Below the pieces are notes generated by a model that saw only the letters and a program-made list of their open reading frames with translations, ran no database searches and was not told where the DNA came from. Of a DNA stretch of 42,898 bases, positions 28,371-38,419 are shown one piece after another. Both the position numbers and the translations under genes were made by a program. The stretch's first letter is position 1. The number at the start of each line of letters is the position of its first letter. This DNA comes from Rickettsiales bacterium (GTDB lineage: Bacteria > Pseudomonadota > Alphaproteobacteria > Micavibrionales > GCA-2720935), in assembly GCA_002720935.1 (NCBI GenBank), contig PBIV01000016.1:13588-56485 (forward strand), in the 5' to 3' direction.

Positions 28371-29711
28371 TTAGTTTTTGCTTTGTTTACCAAAGAAGTA
28401 AATACCATTAAGCATGTCAATAGCGCGCGAAAGCTGGTAGTCAACGATGGCTTCTTTTTCTTCGCCTTCTTCACCATCGGCTTCAACATTGTCGCCATCT
28501 TTAGCCGAGACCTTATTATCTTTCTTTTTATCAGACTTTTCTTCGCCATTTGTAATCGCATTTTTCAAATCTGATTCGTGGCTATATTCGACATTAAGCT
28601 GCTCAATCTTTGCCGCTTTCACAATGATATCTGGCTCAATCCCTTTTGCCTGGATAGAGCGACCAGACGGTGTGTAGTAACGCGCTGTAGTCAGTCTCAT
28701 AGCGCCTTGTGAGCCAAGAGAAACGATTGTTTGCACAGAACCCTTACCAAATGTCTTTGTTCCCATGATAACCGCTCTGTGATGGTCTTGAAGGGCACCC
28801 GCAACAATTTCAGAAGCAGAAGCCGAGCCACCATTGACAAGAACAACAATTGGCAGGCCATTTGCTTTATCGCCTTCGGTCGCAAGGGCTTTTTGATCAT
28901 CTTCTTCGTGACGGCCTCTTGTTGATACGATTTCGCCTTGATCCAAGAATGTATCAGAAACTGAAATCGCTTGGTCAAGAAGACCGCCAGGGTTGTTTCT
29001 TAAATCAATTACATAACCGATTAAATCTTTACCTAATTCTTCTTGGATTTCTTTAATCGCTTTGTCTAAGCCAGGCTGAGTTTGTTCATTAAATGTTGTG
29101 ATACGGACATAACCGATATTGCCTTCAACACGGTGGCGAACAGAACGGATTTTAATAATATCTCTGATGATTTTCACATCAAATGGCTCAGTATCTTCAC
29201 GGCGAATAGAGACAACAATTTCTGTGCCCACTTTACCGCGCATTTTTTCAACAGCGTCCGATAATGTAAGCCCCATGACAGCTTCGCCATCAATATGTGT
29301 AATAAAGTCGCCAGCCTCAATACCAGCCTTAAAAGCAGGAGTGTCATCAATAGGAGAGACAACTTTAACCAAACCATCTTGCATTGTAACTTCAATCCCA
29401 AGGCCACCAAATTCGCCTCTGGTTTGAACTTGCATGTCCTTATAATCATCTTTATTTAGAAAGCTTGAATGTGGATCAAGATCGGTTAGCATGCCATTAA
29501 TCGCGGCTTCAACAAGTTCTTTATCTGTAACCTCATCAACATATTCACTGCGCACACGCTCAAATACATCGCCAAATAAATTTAGCTGTCTGTATGTTTC
29601 TGCATCGGCTTCTTGTGCAACGACTTGATTGCTTGTTAAGCCTAAATTGATTACAGATAGAAATCCGATAAATGCAAATAGGATGAACAGTGTCTTTGAT
29701 AAGTTTTTCAT
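28371..29711 (-). CDS. ctpA: Carboxyl-terminal processing protease (S41A, PDZ domain)
   Basis: LDPHS, FGGLGIEV, DLRNNPGGLL, SASASEIVAGALQD, TFGKGSVQT. Confidence 0.96.
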   Translation of the reverse strand: MKNLSKTLFILFAFIGFLSVINLGLTSNQVVAQEADAETYRQLNLFGDVFERVRSEYVDEVTDKELVEAAINGMLTDLDPHSSFLNKDDYKDMQVQTRGEFGGLGIEVTMQDGLVKVVSPIDDTPAFKAGIEAGDFITHIDGEAVMGLTLSDAVEKMRGKVGTEIVVSIRREDTEPFDVKIIRDIIKIRSVRHRVEGNIGYVRITTFNEQTQPGLDKAIKEIQEELGKDLIGYVIDLRNNPGGLLDQAISVSDTFLDQGEIVSTRGRHEEDDQKALATEGDKANGLPIVVLVNGGSASASEIVAGALQDHHRAVIMGTKTFGKGSVQTIVSLGSQGAMRLTTARYYTPSGRSIQAKGIEPDIIVKAAKIEQLNVEYSHESDLKNAITNGEEKSDKKKDNKVSAKDGDNVEADGEEGEEKEAIVDYQLSRAIDMLNGIYFFGKQSKN

Positions 29712-29767
29712 TTTTTACTCAAGCTTTCTTTTTACGACTCAAAATCTTTAAAAACGTTATTATAGTT

Positions 29768-30991
29768 TTAGGTTCTTTGTTGTTTCTTGGCAAGTGCCCA
29801 AAGATATTTTTCAGGATCAATTTGCTGTCCTTTGTCCCGAAGTTCAAAATAAAGGGTGTTTTTATTCTCTTGTTTACTCATTTTTCCAACGGGCTCACCC
29901 GCTCTTAAATCTTGGCCGAGACTTACATTAATGTCATCAAGCCCCCCCAGCAAGCTAATCTTTTTATTGCTATGTTCAATGATAACAATGTTTTTATAAC
30001 TCTTAAAGGGGCCAGCAAATTTTACACGCCCTGATAAGGGGGTGATAACGGTTGCCCCAGGTCTTGTCTGGATATCAAGCCCTTTATTGGTCATGCCGAC
30101 ATCATTCTTTTTATTAAAGCCTGTTAAAATTACACCAGCTACAGGGAGAACAGATGTCTTGCCATTGGCTTGTGCAAAAAAGCGCTCATCTTCATCAGCA
30201 CTGTATTTGGGAATATCGGGTTTTTTAGGAATGTTTAAAAGCTTAGCAAATGAGATTTCAGTCTCATCAATTTCCTCAATAAGTGATTTAAGACTGTTTA
30301 CTTTTTTCGAGATTTCTAAAGCCTTTGAATTAAGCTTGCTATTACTTGTTTGATATTTAGAAAAATAGTCTTTTCGCTCAGCCAATAACGCATTGAGCTG
30401 CTTTTCTTGCTCAAGATGCTTTTCCTGCTCTTTTTCTAAAGTTCGTTTTTCTTCTAAATAAATAGCCTTGATAGCTTGATGTTGTGAGACAAGATTTGAG
30501 ATTTCAACGGACTTTTGTTGAATTTGAGGGATTAGAGCAGACAAAATCGTTTGGGTTCTGGCTGTTTCTATAACTTGGCCGGGTTGTGCAATTAAGCCAG
30601 TCATCGGTGTTCGCTCGACACGTTGTAAAGCTAAAAGCATATTTGCATAGTTTTGTTGTTCTTCATTTAAAACAGAAGATAATAATTTTGTTTCATCAAT
30701 GATCTGTTCTAAGGCTTGTTCTTTTTCAATGAGAGCTTGCTCGGTTTGTTTCGTTTTTGTTGCTTGGGCGACAAGCTTTTTTTGCAAGTCTTTAAGCTGA
30801 TTTTCTTCGGCTTGTAATTTAAGAGTACTTTCTTTTTGATTCTTTTCTAATTTCATTTGTTCCATTTGCAACAAATGCAGATTAAGCCTTGTTTCTTCAA
30901 CATCTAAGGCATAAGAAACATTGCCTGAAACACTAAGAAAAGTGAGGCCAAATGCAGCGATGTAAATATAATGCTTTAATTGCATGTTCAT
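29768..30991 (-). CDS. envC: Murein hydrolase activator EnvC-like (coiled coil + degenerate LytM)
   Basis: Signal peptide, long coiled coil, M23 fold lacking the Zn-binding His residues (NKGLDI, LYFELR); canonical position between rlmH and ctpA. Confidence 0.85.
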   Translation of the reverse strand: MNMQLKHYIYIAAFGLTFLSVSGNVSYALDVEETRLNLHLLQMEQMKLEKNQKESTLKLQAEENQLKDLQKKLVAQATKTKQTEQALIEKEQALEQIIDETKLLSSVLNEEQQNYANMLLALQRVERTPMTGLIAQPGQVIETARTQTILSALIPQIQQKSVEISNLVSQHQAIKAIYLEEKRTLEKEQEKHLEQEKQLNALLAERKDYFSKYQTSNSKLNSKALEISKKVNSLKSLIEEIDETEISFAKLLNIPKKPDIPKYSADEDERFFAQANGKTSVLPVAGVILTGFNKKNDVGMTNKGLDIQTRPGATVITPLSGRVKFAGPFKSYKNIVIIEHSNKKISLLGGLDDINVSLGQDLRAGEPVGKMSKQENKNTLYFELRDKGQQIDPEKYLWALAKKQQRT

Positions 30992-31010
30992 AAGATATGA
31001 TGTCTAAAGA

Positions 31011-31463
31011 TTAGTCTCTGTGATAGGGGTGACCCGCCAGAATCTGAATCGCACGGTAAATTTGTTCTATTATCATAACACGTGCAAGCATATGAGGCCA
31101 AGTCATTTGACCTAAAGAGAGTTTCATATTCGCATTTTTTTGTAAAAAGCTTTTTTCAAAACCATCAGCCCCACCAATAAAAAACTGTAAAGCAGGGCAA
31201 TTCTCAAGCTGTTTTTGTTTGAAAATGTCCGCAAACCCAGTACTTTTTAGGTTCTTTCCTGTTTCATCAAGAAAGATTTTATAGGCATCTGCTTGGATGT
31301 AGCTTTCCATTTCCGCTTGCCAGCGATCCAAGGTTTTAAATTTGCGCTGATCAATTTCAATGATTTTGATTTGTGATGATGTAAGCTGTTTTAGATAATG
31401 ATCGATAAGCTCTTTTTCAGGGCTTTTCTTTAAAATTCCAACGGTAATGATTTCTATCTTCAT
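31011..31463 (-). CDS. rlmH: 23S rRNA (pseudouridine1915-N3)-methyltransferase
   Basis: FFIGGADG, LSLGQMTWPHMLARVMIIEQIYRA, GHPYHR. Confidence 0.96.
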   Translation of the reverse strand: MKIEIITVGILKKSPEKELIDHYLKQLTSSQIKIIEIDQRKFKTLDRWQAEMESYIQADAYKIFLDETGKNLKSTGFADIFKQKQLENCPALQFFIGGADGFEKSFLQKNANMKLSLGQMTWPHMLARVMIIEQIYRAIQILAGHPYHRD

Positions 31464-31470
31464 GGAGAAG

Positions 31471-31500
31471 ATAATAGCATCAGTTCTATAACACTTTCAA
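31471..31500 (-). promoter_or_regulatory. Putative internal promoter giving a leaderless rlmH transcript
   Basis: TTGAAA, 18-nt spacer, TGcTATTAT; ATG lies 7 nt after the -10 box; no SD. Confidence 0.5.
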
Positions 31501-31505
31501 AAGCT

Positions 31506-31901
31506 TTATGCAGGTACGGCTGTTCTTGTATTGTCACTTGGAGAAGCATTGACAACTTCAGGTGACCAAATACGCTCTAAATTATAGAACTCGCGAACTT
31601 CTGGTCTAAAGATATGAATGATAGCATCGCCTGTATCAATAAGAACCCAGTCGCCTTGGTTTACACCTTCAACGTTAAGAGGGCGGTAGCCACTATCTTT
31701 TAGTTTTTGTGATAAATGGTTAGCAATCGCAGCAACCTGTCTGCTAGAACGCCCTGATGCAATAAACATGAAATCACCCAAAGCCGTATGCTCTGGTAAT
31801 GCAATCTCAATAATATCTTCGGCCTTATTGTCTTCTAAACAATCAACAATAAGTGATCTCAAATGTTCTGGGTCGTAATGTTTGCTTTTTTTTGTACTCA
31901 A
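31506..31901 (-). CDS. rsfS: Ribosome silencing factor
   Basis: LEDNKAEDI, IASGRSSRQV, WVLIDTGD, REFYNLERIW. Likely start is TTG 31901 after AAGGAG. Confidence 0.95.
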   Translation of the reverse strand: MSTKKSKHYDPEHLRSLIVDCLEDNKAEDIIEIALPEHTALGDFMFIASGRSSRQVAAIANHLSQKLKDSGYRPLNVEGVNQGDWVLIDTGDAIIHIFRPEVREFYNLERIWSPEVVNASPSDNTRTAVPA

Positions 31902-31930
31902 ACTGTACTCCTTTATCTTCATTTTTAAAT

Positions 31931-31973
31931 AAAAAAACTGGCTAGTCCTTTTTAAAAGGGCTGATGCCAGTTT
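31931..31973 (-). terminator. Terminator/attenuator-like hairpin between atpF and rsfS
   Basis: Minus strand reads AAACTGGC-ATCAGCCCTTTTAAAAAGGACTA-GCCAGTTTTTTT; imperfect long stem with a U7 tail. Confidence 0.65.
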
Positions 31974-31975
31974 AT

Positions 31976-32011
31976 TTAAAATTTTTCACGTACCGTGGAA
32001 TTAATCCTCAT
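31976..32011 (-). other. Putative leaderless upstream mini-ORF MRINSTVREKF
   Basis: ATG at 32011 lies 6 nt after TGaTAAAAT (-10 at 32018-32023), with TTGATT 18 nt further upstream; the stop abuts the hairpin. Confidence 0.35.
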
Positions 32012-32090
32012 ACTTATATTTTATCAGTTTTTATAGAGTTAAATCAAACGATCTTTTTTTCTTTAAAGAAATCTTAATAACTGTTTGTTA

Positions 32091-32585
32091 TTACGCTGAT
32101 TTCTCAATTTGCTCAATTGCATCGTCAATTAGCTGGTCACCAGCTTTGCCCTTCATATTCTTCTCTAAAAGCTCTTGGGCTGCATATGTTGAAAGGTCAA
32201 TGATTCGTTCACGAATGTCCTGAATAGCCTTTTCCTTGGCAAGGTTAATCTTTTCTTCAGCTTGAACTCTACGGCGCTCTAGTGATGTTTCTAAAGATTG
32301 CTTTGCTTCTAATTCGTAGCTTTTAGCGTGTTGCTTTGCACGCTCAACAATTTGTTCAGCTTCACTCATTGCATCGCGGTGCTTTTGCTGATATTCCGCC
32401 AATAAAGTCTGTGCTTCTCTTTTTAAAGTCTCGGCTTCATCTATTTCCTTGCGGATTGTTTCTGTGCGCATGTCTAAAATCGCTAAGATAGGCTTTGCAC
32501 CGTATTTATACGCAAAATATGCGAAAACGACAAAGGCGATTAAAACCCAAAATGAACTGTCATGTAATAGTGCTAAAATATCCAT
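32091..32585 (-). CDS. atpF: ATP synthase F0 subunit b
   Basis: FWVLIAFVVF TM segment, then coiled coil; last gene of the F0 operon. Confidence 0.92.
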   Translation of the reverse strand: MDILALLHDSSFWVLIAFVVFAYFAYKYGAKPILAILDMRTETIRKEIDEAETLKREAQTLLAEYQQKHRDAMSEAEQIVERAKQHAKSYELEAKQSLETSLERRRVQAEEKINLAKEKAIQDIRERIIDLSTYAAQELLEKNMKGKAGDQLIDDAIEQIEKSA

Positions 32586-32619
32586 TATTTTTACCTAAAT
32601 TAATTAAGCCGCAAACTAA

Positions 32620-33213
32620 TTATGCAGCGTCATCCAATTTTCTTTGTGCTGCAATAACCGCTTCTACAGCGTCATTATCATTAACAGCGATGTTTCCAAG
32701 CTTGCCAGCTAATTCTAAAGCGATCGAAGTCGCTGAATCTCTTAAATCTTTAAGAGCTTTTTCTTTGCCGTTTTCAATGGCAACTTCAGTTGCAGTTTGA
32801 AGCTCTTGCAATTCTCTTGTTAGAGATTGGTGTGCATCAAAGTTATTTTTTGCAACAGTGTCATGAATGTTTTTCATTAAATCTTTAATTTCTGAATGTG
32901 ATTCAGCCAACGCAGATTCATATGTTTCTTTTAGCTTTAAAGCTTCTTCTTTTAAATTTTTAGCATCTTCCAAATCATTTGAAACCTTTTCACGGCGACG
33001 TTCTAAAACGTTTGATACCTTTGGAAGGGCAACATATGACATGATTGCGTATAAAATAATAAAAAATACAAAAAGCCAAAAAATCTGAGATGTAAAAGTT
33101 TCAGGGTTTAACTGTGGTAATCCCCCAGATGATTGCTCACCACTTGCAGCCATAACAGACGCATTTGTTGCTAATGTTAAAAGGCCAGTAATTGCAAATA
33201 GTGATTTTTTCAT
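32620..33213 (-). CDS. atpF2: ATP synthase F0 subunit b'
   Basis: GLPQLNPETFTSQIFWL motif typical of alphaproteobacterial b'. Confidence 0.92.
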   Translation of the reverse strand: MKKSLFAITGLLTLATNASVMAASGEQSSGGLPQLNPETFTSQIFWLFVFFIILYAIMSYVALPKVSNVLERRREKVSNDLEDAKNLKEEALKLKETYESALAESHSEIKDLMKNIHDTVAKNNFDAHQSLTRELQELQTATEVAIENGKEKALKDLRDSATSIALELAGKLGNIAVNDNDAVEAVIAAQRKLDDAA

Positions 33214-33275
33214 CGTTATAACTCTTAAATTATCAGATTTAATGACTTTTAATATTCTTTATAGTCTTTTTTTCT

Positions 33276-33500
33276 TTACACAAATAAGATCAAGAAAGCG
33301 ATCAATAGTGCGAAAAGAGCAATCGCCTCTGTTAAAGCGAACGCTAGAATACCAACAGGCATTACAGTTTCTTTAACAGCAGGGTTACGACCAATTGTGC
33401 TAATTAAGCTTGAGAAAAGCAAACCAAGACCAAGACCAACACCTAATAGTGGTAGTACAGCGATACTTGCACCAAACATTCTTGCAGCTTCTAATTCCAT
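33276..33500 (-). CDS. atpE: ATP synthase F0 subunit c
   Basis: GxGxGxG, RNP loop, ion-binding Glu in FALTEA. Confidence 0.95.
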   Translation of the reverse strand: MELEAARMFGASIAVLPLLGVGLGLGLLFSSLISTIGRNPAVKETVMPVGILAFALTEAIALFALLIAFLILFV

Positions 33501-33612
33501 TTTTATTTCCTTATCGTTTATAGTTTAAGTGAATTTAAAGTTAAAACTTATGTCGATTTTTAATGTCTATTTTGCGTTTTCGCAAGTTTTTTTTCAGACA
33601 AAAAATCATATT

Positions 33613-34356
33613 TTAGTGCAATTCCAACGAGTCCTTAAGATACATACATGATAAAATCGTAAAGACATACGCTTGTAAAACAGCGACTAAAATTTCAAAA
33701 CCAATCAAAGCAACATTGATAAACATTGGCGCTAAACCAAAGACAACACCTAATGTTACGCTAAAACCGGCAAAAACTTTTAACATTGTGTGGCCTGCCA
33801 TCATGTTCGCAAATAAACGAACTGAAAGAGATACAGGGCGTGACAAATAAGACAACATTTCAATCGGGATCAAAATTGGTGCTAAAACATATGAGACACC
33901 GCTTGGCATGAATAAGCTAAAGAAGTGCAGGCCATGTTTAACCAAACCGATAATTGTCACAACGATGAAAACCATCGCAGCCAAAGCAAATGTAACAATG
34001 ATATGACTTGTAAATGTAAATGAGTAAGGGATCATTCCTAGTAAATTACCTAGAAGAATGAACATGAAAATTGAGAAGATGAATGGGAAATATTCTTTTC
34101 CTTTTGGTCCAACGCTTTCATTCAACATGTTTGCGACAAATTCATATGTCATTTCTGCGACATTTTGCCATCTATTTGGAACCAATGAACCGCGTCCCAT
34201 TGCAACAATCATAAGGAAAGATGATGCAACAACAGCCAATAACATAAATAAAGCAGAATTTGTAAAGCTAATATCATAGCCCATTAACTGAAACTCTAAA
34301 CCTGCGATAGGGTAAACCTCAAACTGTGCGAGAGGTGAGTGTGAATCTGTTGCCAC
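33613..34356 (-). CDS. atpB: ATP synthase F0 subunit a
   Basis: SPLAQF, SFTNSALFM, SLSVRLFANMMAGH, LQAYVF. Confidence 0.97.
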   Translation of the reverse strand: MATDSHSPLAQFEVYPIAGLEFQLMGYDISFTNSALFMLLAVVASSFLMIVAMGRGSLVPNRWQNVAEMTYEFVANMLNESVGPKGKEYFPFIFSIFMFILLGNLLGMIPYSFTFTSHIIVTFALAAMVFIVVTIIGLVKHGLHFFSLFMPSGVSYVLAPILIPIEMLSYLSRPVSLSVRLFANMMAGHTMLKVFAGFSVTLGVVFGLAPMFINVALIGFEILVAVLQAYVFTILSCMYLKDSLELH

Positions 34357-34386
34357 TTTATATACTCCTTAAAATAAACTCTTTTT

Positions 34387-34746
34387 TTATGTTTTGCCGT
34401 CATCATGGACGTTATCTGGGTTGTTTTCGGGCTTTAAACCGACTGGTTTACTCATTCTTTGGGTCGTTTTATAGACATTGGAAAATCCAGCGCCACACCC
34501 AATAAAGAATAATATAACCATTCCCCATGGTGATGTACCAAAATAATTGTCAATTATCAAGCCTAAACCGCATCCAATTGCAACTGCAGAGACAAATTCG
34601 ATCCCGATTCTGAAGGCAACGCCCATTGCACTTTTTGATTCAAAGCTCTTTTCGCTTAGTTTTCTGCCTCTTGAAGCGCTTTTTTCATTGCTCTCAACAG
34701 ATTTTAGCTTTTCGTCTAATTTTGAAAATCGATCATCGTCAGTCAT
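34387..34746 (-). CDS. atpI: ATP synthase protein I (AtpZ/AtpI family)
   Basis: AFRIGIEFVSAVAIG..LG..IDNYFGTSPWG; first gene of the F0 operon. Confidence 0.9.
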   Translation of the reverse strand: MTDDDRFSKLDEKLKSVESNEKSASRGRKLSEKSFESKSAMGVAFRIGIEFVSAVAIGCGLGLIIDNYFGTSPWGMVILFFIGCGAGFSNVYKTTQRMSKPVGLKPENNPDNVHDDGKT

Positions 34747-34779
34747 GATGTTTTTTTAAGCTTTCCCTAAACCTTATTA

Positions 34780-37700
34780 TTAAGCAGCGCTTTTATTTAA
34801 ATGTTCTTCCGCCCATAAGTCGCCTTGTGTTAAGTCCACGCTAACCAGCTGTGAAATACCACGTTCCGCCATTGTTACACCATATAGGCGATCCATACGG
34901 GCAATACTCATTCTATGGTGAGAGATAATTAAGAAACGTGTTTCGCCGCGACTTGCGATTTTATCAAGAAGATTACAAACACGGTCAACATTCGCATCAT
35001 CAAGGGCGGCGTCAATCTCATCAAGAACACAAATCGGTGATGGATTTGTTAAGAACATTGCGAAAACGAGCGCGATAGACGTTAATGTTTGCTCTCCACC
35101 AGAAAGAAGTGATAGGTTTTGTAATTTCTTACCAGGAGGTTGTGCAAAAATCTCTAAACCTGCATCAAGTGGATCATCAGCCTCAGTTAACTGAAGATAG
35201 GCCTTACCGCCACCAAAAAGATCAGCGAATAGTTTTCTAAAGTGATTATCAACAAGTTGGAATGCCTCTAAAAGCTTTGTTCTTGCTTCTTTGTTTAATT
35301 TACCGATAACACCGCGTAATTTATGAATGGCGGTGATCAGCTCACTTTCCTCATAACGAAGATTTTCAATTTCAGTTTCAAGCTCTTCTAATTCGATCTC
35401 GGCACGTAAATTAACAGGGCCAATTCGGTCGCGCTCTGACTTCTTATTGGTAATGCGGTTACTAAGCTGAGAAATAGAAGAGAGCGAGCCATCATTTAAA
35501 ATTTGTTCAATTTCAAACTTACTTTGAATTTCATGGGCTTGGCACTCTAATTCTGTTTGAATAAGTGTTTCCAGCTCTTCTTTTTTCTCATTTAAATTTT
35601 GGTAATTGGTTTGCAGTGATCCTCGGCGCTCTTTTTGATCACTCATTTTACGTTCTTTGTCACGCAAATTATTTTCTGTTTCGCGAAGTTGCCCTTCGGC
35701 TGCTATGCGGACTTCTTCAGCTTGTTTTTTGATGGTTTTTAGCTCATGAATTTTCTCATTCAGCTTTTCTTTCTCTTCCCCAGAGTGAGCAGGGGCTAAC
35801 GAGACTTCATCAAGGCGCTTTTGCATCTCTTCAATACGAAGGCTATAGTCTTGTTTCTTTTCTTCTAAGCGAGATAAATCTTGTGAAATTTCTTCTAAAC
35901 TGCGTTCAATTTGTTCTTGTCTAAGACGTGTGCGATCACTTTCACGTTTTTGAGTTTCAAGCGAACTTCTTGCCTCTTGGTAACATGTCTCAAGCTCATT
36001 AATCTCATGCAAATTCGCATCCAAATCACCCATCTCATTTTTAATCTTTGTCTTGATAGAGAGGCGATCAGAAACATCTTTACTTTGTTCTTGTGTTGCT
36101 TTTCTATTCTCAATAATGCGCTCTAATGAGGTTTTAATTGCGACCAGATCACGCTCTAGCTCTGACATCTCTTGTTCCATAGAGCCAAGACGTTTTCGTT
36201 TATCATTAATAGAGGTTTCAATTTCACGGATATTCTGGCGTAGCTCTTTTAAAGAAGTCTCTAACGCCTCGCGCTTACCTTCAATGTCATTGAGATTTGA
36301 GCGTTCTTTTTCTAACGATGAGCTTGCTTTTTCTTTTTGTTTTAAAAGATCTTTAAGGCGGTTTTTCTGTTGTAATTTAACAGCCGCATTGCTTGGGACT
36401 TCGCCTTGAATAACAAAACCATCCCAGCGCCAAAGTTGACCTTTTTTATTAACGATCATTTGTCCCGCTTTTAAATCGTGAGCAACGACATTGCCATCCA
36501 CATTATCATCAATCATACCGATTTGTGATAAGACACGCGATAATTCAGCAGGCGCCTTAACAAAATCTGTTAATGGCTTTGTGCCTTCAGGTAAGCTTAA
36601 ATCAAGCTCTTTTAAGCCGAGCTCTGACCAATAAATAGAGGCTTCATTATTACTGCTGTAATCAAGACCTTCGCCAAGAGCAATCGCAAAGGCTTTCTCA
36701 TAGCCTTTTGTGACTTGTGTCTTATTGATAAATGTTTCTTCAATTGGTGTGTCAGAAGACTTATCCGCATTTGAGCTGTTTAAAATTTGTTCTAAAGCAT
36801 CACATTCTGCATCAAGGCGTTGAGCGTTTTGCAAGAGTTCATTGACCACATGCTGTTGATTGCCATAGGCAATTTCAATTTCTGTTTTCTGATCTTCAAG
36901 ACCATCACGCTTTTGTTGAAGTTTGAGGATATTATTTTCTTCTGCTTCAATGTCTTTTTTTAACCCATCAAAAAGCGTTTTCTCATTTTGCTTTGATTGT
37001 AAGGTCTCTAGGCGTTGTTCGTATTTTTTCTCTTCTTCATTATAAGAAGCGGTTTGGCTTTCTAAACCAATTTTCTGATTTTGCAAGGCTTCAATTTCAC
37101 TTTGAATGACGGCTTGTTTATTGCGCTTTTCATTAAAAGATTGTTGCTTTTCTTTTAGCTCATCTTTTAAGGCTTCAATCTCAGTCTCAAGTTTAGTCTC
37201 ATCAAAGTCAGTCTCTGCATTTTGAAGTTCAGTTAGTTCTTCTTTTAATAAGTCCTGTTTTGAAAGGCTGCGCTCTTTTTGAGCTAAAATGTCGGCTTGA
37301 TCTTGTTTTAAACGGTTTAAGCTTTCTTCTTTTTCTTTATAAGATGCTTTGCGTTGTTCAAGGTCATTTTCTAAATTTTCTAACTGGATCATCGCGCGCT
37401 GTAGAATAGCTGATTTTTCAGCTTCAATATTACGCAGATCAGGTAGGCTTGCCGCTTGTTCAGCTTGCGTTTTACTTAGCGTCGTAATCTCAGCCATCAG
37501 ACCACGAATAACGCTCTCAAGCTCATCAAACTCTTTTTTGGTTTTAGTTAGATCTTCTGACGTCTTTGTCCAGTTCTTATAAAAAAGTGCTGCTTCTAAT
37601 GAAGAAATTTCTTCTGAGATATTTCTGTATTTTGCGGCTTGGCGGGCTTGTTTTTTTAAACTAGCAAGCTGTGTCTCGCTTGTTCCGATGATATCATCTA

Positions 37701-38283
37701 AGCGTTCTAAATTAGTTGTTGTTGCACGAAGGCGAAGCTCTGCTTCATGGCGTCTTGCATGAAGACCAGAAATGCCCGCGGCATCTTCTAAAATACGGCG
37801 GCGATCTTTTGGTTTCGAGCGGATAATACCTGTAATGCGTCCTTGTGAGACAAGTGCAGGTGAGTTTGCTCCACTGACCAAATCAGCAAATAAAAGCTGA
37901 ACATCTTTTGCACGAACAGATTTCCCATTGATTGAATAGTCAGATCCTTGCCCACGGGAAATTTTACGTGTAACCTCTATGCTTGGTTCATTCATGTAAG
38001 GAGGAGGGGCGGTGCCATCGCTATTATCTAATATGAGCGTTACTTCAGCAGAGGTTCGGGCCGCTTTGCGATCTGTACCATTAAAAATGACATCTTCCAT
38101 GCCATCGCCACGAAGGCGTTTAGCCGATGTCTCACCCATAACCCAGCCAAGGGCTTCTAGTAAATTTGATTTACCACAGCCATTGGGGCCGACAACACCT
38201 GTTTTACCAGGGCCGATCTCAATTTCCTCCGGATACGGGAATGATTTAAACCCGCTGAGTTTTAATTTTGTATACTGTACCAT
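34780..38283 (-). CDS. smc: Chromosome partition protein SMC
   Basis: LSGFKSF, Walker A GPNGCGKSN, coiled coils with hinge (GQLWRWDG), LSGGE, LDEIDAALD. Confidence 0.97.
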   Translation of the reverse strand: MVQYTKLKLSGFKSFPYPEEIEIGPGKTGVVGPNGCGKSNLLEALGWVMGETSAKRLRGDGMEDVIFNGTDRKAARTSAEVTLILDNSDGTAPPPYMNEPSIEVTRKISRGQGSDYSINGKSVRAKDVQLLFADLVSGANSPALVSQGRITGIIRSKPKDRRRILEDAAGISGLHARRHEAELRLRATTTNLERLDDIIGTSETQLASLKKQARQAAKYRNISEEISSLEAALFYKNWTKTSEDLTKTKKEFDELESVIRGLMAEITTLSKTQAEQAASLPDLRNIEAEKSAILQRAMIQLENLENDLEQRKASYKEKEESLNRLKQDQADILAQKERSLSKQDLLKEELTELQNAETDFDETKLETEIEALKDELKEKQQSFNEKRNKQAVIQSEIEALQNQKIGLESQTASYNEEEKKYEQRLETLQSKQNEKTLFDGLKKDIEAEENNILKLQQKRDGLEDQKTEIEIAYGNQQHVVNELLQNAQRLDAECDALEQILNSSNADKSSDTPIEETFINKTQVTKGYEKAFAIALGEGLDYSSNNEASIYWSELGLKELDLSLPEGTKPLTDFVKAPAELSRVLSQIGMIDDNVDGNVVAHDLKAGQMIVNKKGQLWRWDGFVIQGEVPSNAAVKLQQKNRLKDLLKQKEKASSSLEKERSNLNDIEGKREALETSLKELRQNIREIETSINDKRKRLGSMEQEMSELERDLVAIKTSLERIIENRKATQEQSKDVSDRLSIKTKIKNEMGDLDANLHEINELETCYQEARSSLETQKRESDRTRLRQEQIERSLEEISQDLSRLEEKKQDYSLRIEEMQKRLDEVSLAPAHSGEEKEKLNEKIHELKTIKKQAEEVRIAAEGQLRETENNLRDKERKMSDQKERRGSLQTNYQNLNEKKEELETLIQTELECQAHEIQSKFEIEQILNDGSLSSISQLSNRITNKKSERDRIGPVNLRAEIELEELETEIENLRYEESELITAIHKLRGVIGKLNKEARTKLLEAFQLVDNHFRKLFADLFGGGKAYLQLTEADDPLDAGLEIFAQPPGKKLQNLSLLSGGEQTLTSIALVFAMFLTNPSPICVLDEIDAALDDANVDRVCNLLDKIASRGETRFLIISHHRMSIARMDRLYGVTMAERGISQLVSVDLTQGDLWAEEHLNKSAA

Positions 38284-38293
38284 GTGAAATGAC

Positions 38294-38323
38294 AGTATAG
38301 GAAAGCTTTAGGGGGGAGTGCAA
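38294..38323 (-). promoter_or_regulatory. Putative smc promoter (near-leaderless)
   Basis: TTGCAC, 18-nt spacer, TATACT; ATG 10 nt downstream; no SD. Confidence 0.5.
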
Positions 38324-38346
38324 TTTAAAAAAGCAGTTATACACAG

Positions 38347-38383
38347 AAAAAAAGCGCTTTTTACACAAGAAAAGCGCCTTTTT
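38347..38383 (-). terminator. Intrinsic terminator after the DsbA-family gene
   Basis: Minus strand reads AAAAAGGCGCTTTTCTTGTGTAAAAAGCGCTTTTTTT. Confidence 0.75.
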
Positions 38384-38419
38384 CGTTATTTTATTAATAT
38401 TAAAATGTTGTGTAGAGGG

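Noticed and set aside
29768-30200. Missing zinc ligands in the LytM domain
   Set aside because: Expected for EnvC-type amidase activators; not a sign of decay.
33276-33500. Na+-translocating ATP synthase
   Set aside because: Subunit c lacks the Q...ES/T...Y sodium signature (it reads LTEAIALF), consistent with H+ coupling.
32091-34746. F0 operon without F1 genes, with two b subunits
   Set aside because: This is the normal arrangement in Alphaproteobacteria.
34780-38283. SMC as a Wadjet/MksB or other defence ATPase
   Set aside because: It has canonical hinge and head motifs in the housekeeping dciA-dsbA-smc-atp context, with no jet/mks partners.
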